Of a stretch of DNA of 62,477 nucleotides, positions 10,951 to 22,994 are shown one piece after another. The stretch covers positions 1-62,477 of the forward strand of contig JALAGF010005348.1 in the NCBI GenBank assembly GCA_030167865.1, written 5' to 3'. The stretch is from Craspedostauros australis (lineage: Eukaryota). The notes beneath the pieces are model-generated. The model searched no databases and was not told where the DNA came from. It saw nothing but the letters and a program-made list of their open reading frames with translations. Made by a program: the position numbers and the translations under genes. How positions within the stretch are numbered: the stretch's first letter is position 1; the number at the start of each line of letters is the position of its first letter.

Positions 10951-13900
10951 ATGGTACGCAACAGCAGGCGCGCGGCAGCCAAGCCGGTCAACTACGCCGC
11001 AGAGCAGGAGTTCAGCGATGGCGACGTCTTCGAGGACAGCCCCGGTGAGGAGCCAACGCCAGTCAAGAAGAAGAGGTCACGCAAGTCAGGAGGCACCAGG
11101 GTGGTGGAGACCTTCAACGACGACGCCGAGGATGACGGCGTCTACCGCCCGCCCAAGCCCATCTTCACGGAGAAGGGTTACGATAGCAACCTCCCACCCA
11201 TCCGAGAACGATTCCCATTCATGCCCGAGTACGAGGCGGATGGATCTCCCAAGATCGATCTCATCGTGGGACGTCGTCCCATCGACGAGAATGAAAACAA
11301 GAACAAGCTCGGTGATGATGACGACGACGACGACGATGACGACGACAACAAGATGGGCGAAGATGCTGAAAACAACAACGACGCCAACGACGACCATGGT
11401 GAAGATGGTGCGGGCAGCGAAGGCAATGCCCCCAAGGGACGGTCAAGACGGCGCAGGTCATCGACCAAGGCCAGCAAGGCGAAAACCAAGAAGAACAAGA
11501 AACGCAACGCCGCGATCTTGGTGGAATACGAGTACCTCATCAAGTACAAGGGCAAATCCTACATGCACCTGGAATGGAAGAGGGGTGCCGACCTCGAGTC
11601 CATGGGCAAAACAGCCAAGGGCATGTACAGACGCTACCTCAAGAAGGTCGCGCAAGGCATCGATGATGAGCTCGAGGATCCCAACTTCGATCCCACTTAC
11701 GTCACGGCGCAAAAGATCATCGACCAGGCGGAACAGGAAATGACGGTGGAGCTTTCCGACAAGGAACTTCTCAAGTGGGAAAAACAACGAGAAAAGGAAC
11801 TTGCGGCAGAGGAAGGTAGCGACGATGAAGACATCGATGAAGGCGGCGACGCGACCGGGGACGACAAAGACAAAGAAAATGCCAACGAGGATGACAACAA
11901 TGAAGGTGCCGATGATGGCGATGGTGATGGCGCCAAAAAGAAGGAGGCTGACGCCGAAGATGATAGCAAAGAGAACAATGGCGACGATGGCGACGATGAC
12001 GACAAAAAAGACAAGCTTGGCGAGAGCGAGGACAAAGAAAAGGACCCAAAAAGCAAAGGTGAGTCTCGCATTTCATGTTCCGCGGTGCCCGGATTTTGCT
12101 GGTGTACCACACTACTTGTTGGCTGCATGCCAAGAAGACTTCAATGCTACGCATCGCTTCATGAGCAACTACCCATGCTGATTGCAAGCATTTGCAGATG
12201 CATCTGCCAAACCATGGTATTCTCACACTCTTCACTCTCTCCAATGACTTTCTTTGCTCGTCCTTCACATGCATACCAAACCGTATTCATCCGATCGTCT
12301 CGACTCCGCACACCACAGATGCTGCTGTGGAGGAATGGGGTGACGAGGAGATCGACTTTTCCGCTCTGACGATCGAGAGACTGCGAGGCGTCCTCATTAA
12401 GGATGGACCGTACTACCCCGTTTTCCCCAACTGCAACAATCCGTACCGAGATGGCTACGTCACGGAACCACCGAAGAGACCGAGGGCCTGCTACCTCTTC
12501 TTCCAATGCGCCATGCGATCCTACTTCCAAAAGCGCAACAAGACCGCGACTCAGGGGGAGCTCATGACGATCCTTGGCGATCACTGGCGCACCATGACGG
12601 ACGAGCAGCAAGCACCCTTCATCGAGCTCGCGAATGAAGAAGCCAGGCAGTACGAGAAGGAGAAGGCCATGCTGGAAAAGGCGCAAAAGCCAAACGAGAT
12701 GTGGCAGCCGATCCGGCGCTGCCGCATGGTGCTGGAGCGATTGGAGAAGGACAGCTTCGCCGACATCTTCCTGGAGCCTGTCGACCTCGAAGATTTTCCA
12801 GACTACGAGGACATCATCGACCAGCCGATGGATCTGGGGACCATCAGGAAGCGCCTCAACACGAAGAAGTACCAGGGGCCGGAACAGTTCGCCCGTGACA
12901 TGCGCAAGGTGTGGAACAACTGCAAGATCTACAACAGGCACGGCTCGGCCATCTGGCACGTTGCCGACTACATGTCCAAGCAATTCGAACGTCTGTACCA
13001 TGCCTGGGTGCTCGAGTTCCGCGAACGCTACCTGCGGTGGGCGCAGCCGAAGGCCCGGCCGTGGGAGCACACGTGCAGAGCCCATGACGGAAAATGCGGC
13101 ACGAAGGATGACCACATGGTGCTCTGCGACCACTGCGACGCCATGTACGGCTTCCGATGCGTCAAGCCGCCGCTGAAGAGGCTCCCCAAGGGCATCTGGC
13201 ACTGCCCCGACTGCAAACCAAAGCTGCATTCCGTGCGCGGTGTACGCATGATGTCCGCGATCGCAGAGCAGGCCGCTCGCAAGCGCGCCGAACTCGGAGA
13301 CACGCCGAAACGCAAGGTCAAGCAGATGATGTACCTTGTCAAGTGGGTCGGCTTGGGCTACGAGCATTGCACGTGGGAAACGAAGGACGATATTGGCAAC
13401 CTAGGCCTCATCGTCGGCTTCCACAAACTCAACAACTCGTATCCAGACGAGCCAGACATGCCTGCGGCTGTCATCGAGAAGCATCTGGATTCCACGAAGC
13501 ATATCCAAACGGAGAAGGCCGGGGGGCAGACCTTCATCCCACATCTGCGGTCGCAGCTGTACGCGCAGACACGAGCATTCCATTTCACCAAATTCGGTCT
13601 TGACGTGCCCGCGTTGGTATCTCAGCACTGTGGCTCCCGAACAAAGGCCATCACTTACACCCCACAGAACGACGTGATCCGGCGCGAAGTGCTCGGTTGC
13701 CTCACAGACTTGGTGGAACGCACCGCGACCAACCCAGAGAGGCATATTATGACCGTCACCAGCAGGCTACCGCCGTTGATGAGCGGCGAGTACGATGCCA
13801 TCATCCCGATCACCTCCAAAGGCTTGATGATGAACGTGGGCGAAATCAATGGATCCGTCGCATTCTTGGGATACAGACAGTTTCCCGACGGCAGTGCAGG

Positions 13901-16900
13901 CCCATCCGAAATCAAGCAACTCGTTCGCAACCCCGGCGACAAAATCATCGCAGTCGATGGCACCAGCACGGCCAAGAAGTCCTTCAAGGAGGTCATCAAC
14001 ATCCTCCGTGAGAGCGGAAAGAACAAGTTCGCCGTCATGCGCTTCCTGGAAAACAAGTTGTCTGTCTGCGCTGGTGAAATTGCCAGCGTGGGTGCCATCG
14101 GACGCTTTGTGATCGAGAGTCTCAAGGACAAATTCGCCACAGAGAGACGGCGAGCGATCGCCAACCGCAAGGACAACCTGCTTGAAGAAGAACAAGAAGA
14201 GGAGAAGCGGATAGAGGAATCCGATGGCAGCGCCGATGAAGAGTCCGATGAGGAATCGGAGGGAAGCTTCGAGCCAGAAAGCGATGAAGAGGATATCGGA
14301 ACCAAACTCGACAGCGGCGACAAGGCGACCATCAAGGACGGCGTCGCTCGCGGAGACATGGAGATCGATGAGCAGCAACAACAGCAACAGCAGGGTAACA
14401 ATGGCCAACAGCCCCAGACTTCAGCAGATAACGCAGGTGGAGAGCAAGCCAAAACAGCAGCAGGCGCCGACGCGGAGGCTGCTACAAACGATGCCGCCAA
14501 TGAACCAGATCCGCTGGAGAACGCAATGTTGAAGCGCCCCGAAACTACCAAGTCCATGGCCTACCGCCTGCTAGGTGTGGAGATTGATTACAGCAGCGAT
14601 GAAGGAGGTGACGAGGACTGTGCTTACTTCATCGATGGCGTCGATGGCACCTTTTCAACGCAAAAGGCTCTCGCAGCACGAGCGGCCAAGCAGATGGACG
14701 TCAAAAAAGGAGTTGGAGCTTCAGATGACGGTGAGCACAAGTCAGCAGCAAAAGCGGACGTGGATTCGGATGCGGACACATCATCGGTAGATGCCGATAG
14801 CGAAGCCAAGACCAATGAAAGCGCGGAAGAAGACGCCAAGCCAAAGGCAAAGGACAGCGATGCAGCCGGCACGAAAAAGGGCAAAGCTGAAGCGGAAGTC
14901 ACGTTGCCGGTGAGGAGAACAGATTTCACGTCGCTGGGTGATAGGAGCAAGCTCGCCGTCGCCGTCGCACTTTCCAGCAAAATGCCAGACCCAGTTGACT
15001 TTGATCGATACCCACTGCCGTCGACGAAGGCGGTGGAGGAACAGAGGCAGAAGGAACTCGAAGCGCAGAAGAAGCTGGAGGAGATTGCCGAAGAGAAGCA
15101 AGTTGCGCTGCAGGTAAAGAAGTCGACAGTGAAGATCGAGCAGGTCAGCATCAACACCAACGAAGCGGTGCACGTTTGGGCCAATGCCGAAACTGCCGCA
15201 GGAACATTGCAGATCAATCTCAACCAGCTGCGACAGATCCTGGGAGGAGAGTACGATGAAGACTTGGGAGACGAGCTCGGTGGCTTCAAGTGGAGGTACG
15301 CAGATGTTGGGGCGGTAGTGACAGCGCCCACCAACGAGAAGGACTCCAAGCGAAAAAAGAAAGGCCGCGAGGCCTGGTTGGAGTTCCGCGACAAGCTGTA
15401 CGACCCCAGCGAACCGCACATGTACAAGAACAACAACCGCCTGCGTGATTACCAGGTGGAGGGTGTGAACTGGCTTGCAAGCACGTTCTACAGGAAGCAC
15501 GGTTGCATCTTGGCAGATGAAATGGGACTCGGGAAGGTAAGGTCCAGTGGTCGGAATGTCGTGTTGATCTTGCGCGCTGGTCGCGTTGCTAGATGAAGGA
15601 CGTTGGATTGGAAGGTTGTGTGTATTGCATCAGCATCAGCGCTTCCTTTCTCTCTGTCACACCAGCTCACTCACCTCATGCATCAAACTACATCGCACAC
15701 TGCTCCACCATCACTTTCATTTTCATTATATGTATCATCACACGTACCATCACACGTACCATCACAGACTGTGCAAATCGTCACGTACATCGAGCACTTG
15801 TTCCGTGTCGAAAAGATTCGTCGTCCGTACCTTGTGGTTGTGCCTCTCTCCACTGTGGAGCATTGGCGTCGAGAATTCGAAGGTTGGACGGACATGGTCT
15901 GCTGCGTCTACCACGACAGGCAGAGGGTGTGGCGTGATGTCCTCCGTGAGTACGAATGGTACTACGAGGACCGGCCGCATACGCCGGAATACTTGAAGTT
16001 CGACGTTCTGGTGACAACGTACGATACCCTCATCGGAGACTTCGACGTGATCAGCCAGATCCCGTTCAGAGCAGCCGTGGTGGATGAGGCACATCGATTG
16101 AGGAATCAGAAGGGAAAGCTCCTCGAGTGCATGAAGGAGATCAGCGCGAAGGGAACCCTGCATTACGGATACCAAAGCCGCGTGCTGATGTCTGGCACCC
16201 CGTTGCAAAACGACCTCACGGAGTTGTGGACGCTGCTCAATTTCATCGAACCGATCCTGTTCCCCACCCTCGACCACTTCCAGGCACAATTCGGCAACAT
16301 GGCCAACCGTGGACAGGTCGAGGCGTTGCAACAAAAGATCTCACCATTCATGCTGCGGCGCGTCAAGGAAGATGTGGCGAAGGATATCCCCGCAAAGGAG
16401 GAGACGATCATCGATGTGGAACTCACGAGCATCCAGAAGCAGTACTACCGCGCCATCTTCGAGCACAACCATGCCTTCCTCAACATGGGAACGTCACGAT
16501 CCAGCGCACCGAAGCTGATGAACATCCAGATGGAGCTGCGAAAGGTCTGCAACCATCCGTGCCTCTTGGAGGGTGTCGAGCACCGTGAACAGGAGCGCCA
16601 ATTCAAGGAATTCCTTGAGCGCGGTGAGTTCGAAGGAAAGAGCCCGGAGCAGCAACAGCACATGCTCAACGAGCAGATGTACATCATGTCGAGCGGAAAG
16701 ATGGTCCTGATGGACAAGCTCCTGCCGAAGCTGCGCCAGGAGGGTCACAAGATCCTCATCTTCAGTCAGATGGTTCGCATGCTGGACCTGATCTCGGAGT
16801 ACTGCGAATTCCGCAGTTTTCCGTATGAGCGTCTGGACGGTCGAGTGCGCGGCACGGACAGGCAAAAGTCCATCGATCGGTTCGAACGTGACTCGAACTC

Positions 16901-19900
16901 CTTCCTTTTCCTGCTGTCCACGAGAGCGGGAGGTGTGGGAATCAACCTCACGGCCGCCGACATCTGCATCATCTTCGACAGCGACTGGAACCCTCAGAAT
17001 GACGTGCAGGCGCAGGCCCGTTGCCATCGTATCGGGCAGACGAAGGACGTCCGCATCTACCGTCTTGTGACGAGCCGAACCTTCGAGCAGGAAATGTTCG
17101 ACAGGGCCAGCAAGAAGCTAGGTTTGGAACAGGCAGTGTTGGGTACTTTCGGCCAGGACAACGACGATGACAAGCCGACGAACAAGGAGATGGAGCAGTT
17201 GCTGAAGAAGGGCGCTTATGCCCTCATCGAGGATGAGAATGATGAGATCGGCAAAGCTTTCTGCGCAGACGACATCGATAGCATCCTGGCCAAGCGCACG
17301 AGAACACGCGTCGTGGAAGGAGCCAAGACGGCGTCGTGGCTGAACAAGCAGGGCATGGTGGTGAGCAAGTCCAAATTCACCAGCGATAGCAAATCGGCCG
17401 GCTTGGACATGGACGATCCCCTGTTTTGGCAGAAGGTGATGCCTGATTTCATCACTCCCACCATCATGCTGCAGAAGATGCACGACCTGTCGGACGAAGT
17501 CTTCGGAACGACCACCAAGCGAGGTCGTGGCAGAGGCCGTGGACGTGGTCGACCGAAGGCGCCCGAAAACGAGGCCACCAACGTAGACAACCCCCAGAAC
17601 GGCGAAACATCATCCGGGAATCCAAACGACATGGCTGCAGACAACAAACCAGAGCAACAGGGTGACAATGCCATGATGAATGGAATCAACGATTCGAACG
17701 GAGGGGAAGAAAAGAAGGACAACGAAATCATGAATGGCGACGGGACCGGGAAAGATGCGAATGGGCACAGCAAGTCTGACGTTGTGGATATGGATGTCGA
17801 AGGAGGCGGGGATGGTGGCAAAGCGAACGAGCAGGGCAAAAGTCAAAATGGTGGAGGCGATGCCGATGCTGATGCGGACGAGAATGACGAAGACGACGAC
17901 GATGATGATGATGAGGAGGAAGATGGCGAGAAGAAGTACAAACTCACACTGACTAACAAGAGGAAGGTCGCCAAGTTCATGTCTGATCTCAAGAGCATGA
18001 TGGATGACATTTTTGACGAGGCGGAGGATGACGCGTTGCCGGCAGAAGAGAAGCAAACTGCGCAAAAGCTGCTGCTTACCATCAGCGTCAAGGAAAAGCT
18101 GTTCAGCGAGGATCAGCGACACCTTGCCAAGACCATGCTCAACCGCCTCGAAGGCAATCGTCGGCGTCGCTGCCGTACCTCGGACATGCCATCCACACCC
18201 AAGCGGCGCGGCCGCGAGAGCTCTGGCAGCAGGACCCCGATCCGTGAGGAGCTCCTCATCACCAGCACAAAGAAACCCAAGCGCAAACGTCGCACGAAGG
18301 CCGAGATTTTGGCAGACAACGAGCGCAAGAGGCTAGCGCAGGCCGGAGGATCAGACGACGAGGGCCGCGGCAATGGAGACGAACTGTTCAAGACGCCCTC
18401 GGATGATGAAGCCGGATGGTCTGACGGCGATGACATCTTCGACGCGAGCAAGAAGAAGATCGTCATCAGCCAGAAGGAGGCGAACCGCCGTCGCCAGTGG
18501 GCCGCCGGTGACGATGCAGCGACTGCCGCAGGACGCGCCTGGCCAGCCTTCCCGCGCGATATGGTGCAGAAAGTGTTGCACACCGTCCTGGAGGAGGTCA
18601 TGATCATCGATGACGCTAACGGTGGCATCTTCTCCGTGCCTGTGCCAGAGGATGAGTTCCCTGAGTACTACGACCAAATCAAGAAGCCGATGGATTACGG
18701 GACCATGCAGAAGAAGCTCGAGCGCAACGAGTACCGATCGGTCCAGGCGATGCAAAGGGACTTCATCCTCGTCATGCAGAATTGTCTGCAGTTCAACTCG
18801 CCGAACTCCAACATCGTCACGGAGGCAAGGCAGCAGGCGCTCATGAGGCCATCGATCCTGCGAAAGGCCGCTCTGAAGCACAACCTCTTCCTTGCCGAAG
18901 ATGGATCCGTTCTTACCATCTCGGATGAGACCGACAAGAAGGTCCAGGCAAACGCAGCCACAGCGGAAGGGGCCAAGGGTGGAGCTACCCCCAAGAAACG
19001 ACGCAGGAGGCGGACCAAGGCCGAAATGGAAGAAGCCAGGAGAAAGGAACGAGAAGAACGGGAAACCGCTGAAAGGCTGGGTCTCCCAATCAAGAAGGTA
19101 CGTGATGGAGTAAATGGAGTTTGTACGTGGGGTCGCGCATTTGCGAACTGCCCGAGGTACTCCGCAAGGCAAGATCACTTGTCCATCTGCTCTCGCGTGT
19201 TGTTGCACAGTTCATGTTTTCCTCACCGAAATCACAATCTCAATTCTGCCCTCCTGTTTTTGCTCTGCCACGATTGCAACTTGGACGCAACTTCACAAAC
19301 ACTCGGCGTCTTGAAACGCTGTAATACTATTGCACGACTATGCATTTCCCCTTCACGGATACAACGGTTTCACAGAAGAGGGTCAGACGAACGAAATCTG
19401 AAATGATTGCGGCGGCGGCGGCAGCAGCAGCCGAAAAGGAGAAGAAGGCGAAAGAGGCAGGCACGCCAAAGATAAAGGTCAAGGTAAAGAGCGAAAAGGA
19501 TTCACCAGCATCGCCGACCAAGAAGAAGCCGAGGATTAAGCTCAGCCTGGGTGGAACGGAAAATGGTTCCGCGCCCCACAGCGACAAAGTCGCAAAGAGG
19601 AAGCGACCTGACGACGATGTCACTCCGGCGAAGACGAAGGAACCTCAGGATTCGAAGGAGCAAGCCCAACGCGGCACGCCAGTGAGGAAGCGCACGAAAC
19701 AGGTGTCGACTCCAAGGCGAGGCAACAAGAAAACCAGAAGCTCACCGCACGGGGACGTACGCCCGGGCTCTTCGGAAGCAGGCGGGTCGTTCGGAGACGA
19801 CGGCGGATCCAACGATCCCGGTGCGGTTTACTTCCTGCTTTCCCAGATCAGGAGCGAACGCGAAATCCTGGACACGAAGTTCTCTTCTGCCAGACGCAAC

Positions 19901-20290
19901 TTGACGAAGCGAGGGCCGTGGAAGCTTCCCAACGTCTTGAAAGACCACTTCAAAGAGGTGGCTTTGGCTGCCATTCAGAAGATGAATCGCAATGACAAGT
20001 ATTCCGTCTTCGTCGAGGCGGTGACAGATTCCGAAGCGCCTGGGTATTTCGACGTCGTGAAGAGGCCAATCGACATGTCCATTATCCGTCAGAACGTCGA
20101 CGATGGCAAGTATGGGTCAGGGTCGGAGGCAGCGACGAAGTTCTACGAAGACGTCCTGCTCATGTTCGACAACTGCGCCCTGTACAACGATGAGGATGGC
20201 GAAGTCATCGAGGAAGCAACGAGATTGCTGGGCCTGATCCCGGAGGTCTTTTCGGCAGCCTGCGTCTCGGTCAACAGGAAGAAGAAATAA
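10951..20290 (+). CDS. CHD6-9-type SNF2 chromatin remodeller, ~2856 aa (chromo, HMG box, bromo, PHD, chromo, PDZ, NUMOD1-like, SNF2 ATPase/helicase C, AT-hook, 2 further bromodomains); exons 10951-12058, 12319-15536, 15768-19097, 19376-20290
   Basis: Four ORFs join in frame through GT-AG introns (donors gtgagt, gtaagg, gtacgt; acceptors cag). Walker [12 protein letters not shown] spans intron 2. Other motifs: [59 protein letters not shown] (CHD7-like). Chromo motifs [15 protein letters not shown] and [16 protein letters not shown]. Confidence 0.93.
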
Positions 20291-20735
20291 GACACCTTGA
20301 TCTTGCACTCCATCACTGAACGAATATCCACGCGTGCATGTATGTATGCATGCATGCTGGTTTAAGGAGAAAGTCAAAATTACGTTGTGCAAGTCTGGTT
20401 TCAGGGGATGACATCTGCGACATTATCGTCAAGGATCAATCGACGAAAAAGCGCGAGATGGGAAATGACGCTCACCTGCAGTGCAAGCATGGTATTGTGC
20501 GAGTCATGGGAAAGGGAACACACTCATTGTGAAAAGCTATGTACTATTCGTAATCAGTAAAAACTAGAGTGGCAACTACGAGTACACTCTCACTTGCGTT
20601 CACACACATCCAAGTCTTGTGCGAGCTTATAGTGGAACTGGCGCATTCATGGATCTCTTGCGCAACACAGGTCGCGTGGGCTGAAGAATTTCTGTGCACC
20701 AGATACGACTGGAGAGAGGGAGCGCTCGACCCTGC

Positions 20736-22994
20736 TCAACATGGAATGGATGCGATGTCGTGCTTAAAGTCGAACTGTCGACCGAAGGTGAAGTCCATCC
20801 ACGTTGCGCCCGCAAACAGTGGAGAGCATGGGTGTGTAGAGCAGGTAGTGCAGTGAAGTTGGTGAGCGAGTTTGTCAGCGAATACGAGGATGCGCCCAGA
20901 CAAGAGCAGAGAACTTGGAACCCGATTATGCATGGAATACGACACACATCAACGAGATACCAAAGTTGCCGTGCATCAAAAAGCGACACAAGACAGCGTT
21001 CACATGGGACTGACACCTACCATGAAGTTCTGGTCCTGATCTCGGACCCATGTGACCATGGCTCTGTGATACCCGGTCATGATCATGTGATCATCGACGG
21101 CGGTGCGCGATACGTCGACTTGGTTGAAGAAATCGCACGGTGTGTAAGCCGCGGTGTATCCCACGCCATCGCGGTACATGTGGATGCAAGACCCGGGCGG
21201 GATTAGGACCGGTTCCGTGCGCTGTATGCCCGCCGAGTGCCTTGTGTGGGCATCAGCATGCTTGCCGCTGTCGGCGATTTGACGAATCGGATGATCAGAT
21301 TTGTCGGCAATCAACGCCTCGAACCACTTCTTCAGATCATCGGCCTTTGGTACCAGCTTTGCAAGGGGTGACATCTGCTTCGCGCGGGCGACGTAAAACT
21401 CGAGATCGGCATGGAACTGCTCCTTCCATTCGAGCTTCATCATGTCCAGCAGCACGTTGACGAGCGTTGCGCCGCTCATGCGCGGCACGATGTCGGAATC
21501 GGCGACGATCGTTTCGACATAATCCTTGACGGATTCCGACAACTCTGGTGACAGCAAGGCCGGGCATCCGAAGCCGACAGCCTCGACAGTGATGAAGTCG
21601 TACTCGTTGAACTCCATCGCGGCGATGGTGCCTGCTCCAGCTCCCAAACTGTGACCGACGATGTACAGCTTGATCCTCTCCCTTCCCGAGTGCTCCAGCA
21701 ATTGCCGAAGCTTGGGCAGATGCTCTTCGGCCAGCTCCAACCCGCCTTGCAGAATACCACCATGCGCAAACCCATCACGGTACGGCACCGGTTCCAGCAT
21801 GCCGTCCGACAGAACATCCGTCAATTCCTTCGTGCCGCGCACCACCAGCACGACTTCGATTTCGTTGCTGCGACCATTGCTGTCCGCATCCTCCTCATAC
21901 TCCAGCCACGGCTTCGATTCCCATGGCATGATGGATTGCATGGCATCGGCGTGATGCCTTGGCTTTTTTTCGTGCATGGGCGCCATTTGTTTGTGCACCA
22001 GCAAGAAGTTGGCCGGATAGTTGGGACGGCTTTCGGTCGACCCGTAGACGAGCTGCCAGGAATTGTTGTGGAATCGTCGCAGGCCATCGGCAAAGACTTG
22101 CAACGAATCGACGTAGGCGAGCTGCGATAAGTAGAGCGCGTCATGGAGCTCCACCATGACATTGCGCGGGACTTGATCGTACCACAGGTGCTGACGACGT
22201 TTCCAGGAAACATTCTTCTGGCTGTCCTCGTAGGCCAAGAAGTAGACGACGGCAAGGGGGAATGAATCGAATCCCTCGAAAACCTTTCCGAAGGTGCGAT
22301 CAAGCTGCTTGAGGACGTCGTCGAGAGCGCTGAAGACCGCTTTGATGGCGTCGATGGTGGGGATTTTGGTGCTGCTCTCCTTCCACTGTTGTGAGATGGT
22401 GGTGAGACCTTCCAAGAAGGATTCCTTCTCCTCGTCGCGAACTTGAGCGTGATCGTTGTCGTGGGCGTCATCGGTGTGTGAGATGCCTTCAATGAATGCA
22501 TCAAGCCAATTGGGAGACGTTGACTCAGTGCTGTCCGCCGCACTCGAAGCGTCGTCACCGGAGCGGATGTTGCCATGCTGCGCACTGGCATCCGCACTGT
22601 CGCCCTCTGGATGAGTGCTGGTGACATGCGACAGAAAGGAATCCGATCGACTGTCCACGTCATTTTGACCAAAGACGTTGTTGCGCAAGAAGATTTGCAA
22701 GTCGTTACCCATCTGCTCGATCCAATTGGAAGTGTTGGTACTGTCAAGATCCGGAGAATCTTCGGACAGCCTGTCGAACAGCGTCGATATCTCATCAAGT
22801 CCATTTTTGGCCGAATGTTGTCGTTGGTCATGACGCCTGTTGCCATTGTCGGCGCTGCGTCGCCTTCGTCGTCGGCTCTGACGGGTTTCATGCTGATGCG
22901 AACGATCGGATGCGATGGAGCAGATCGACAGCGTGCAGATCATGAGGATCAGGAACCAGACCCTCCTGGCTGCCATGATGCGAAGCTGACTCAT
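20736..22994 (-). CDS. Lipase class 3 (alpha/beta hydrolase) with signal peptide; exons 22994-21021 and 20774-20736
   Basis: VVRGT, AHGGIL, IVGHSLGAG (nucleophile), DIVPR and DHM motifs. Hydrophobic N-terminus (VWFLILMICTLSICSIA). The short terminal exon FDFKHDIASIPC* is inferred from gtaggt...cag. Confidence 0.88.

Noticed and set aside
10517..11743. 408-aa ORF overlapping the CHD start
   Set aside because: Alternative frame of low-complexity CHD exon 1 plus a CAA-rich 5' UTR.
10951..20290. Treating the four CHD-region ORFs as separate genes
   Set aside because: Canonical in-frame GT-AG junctions join them, and the Walker A motif spans one junction.
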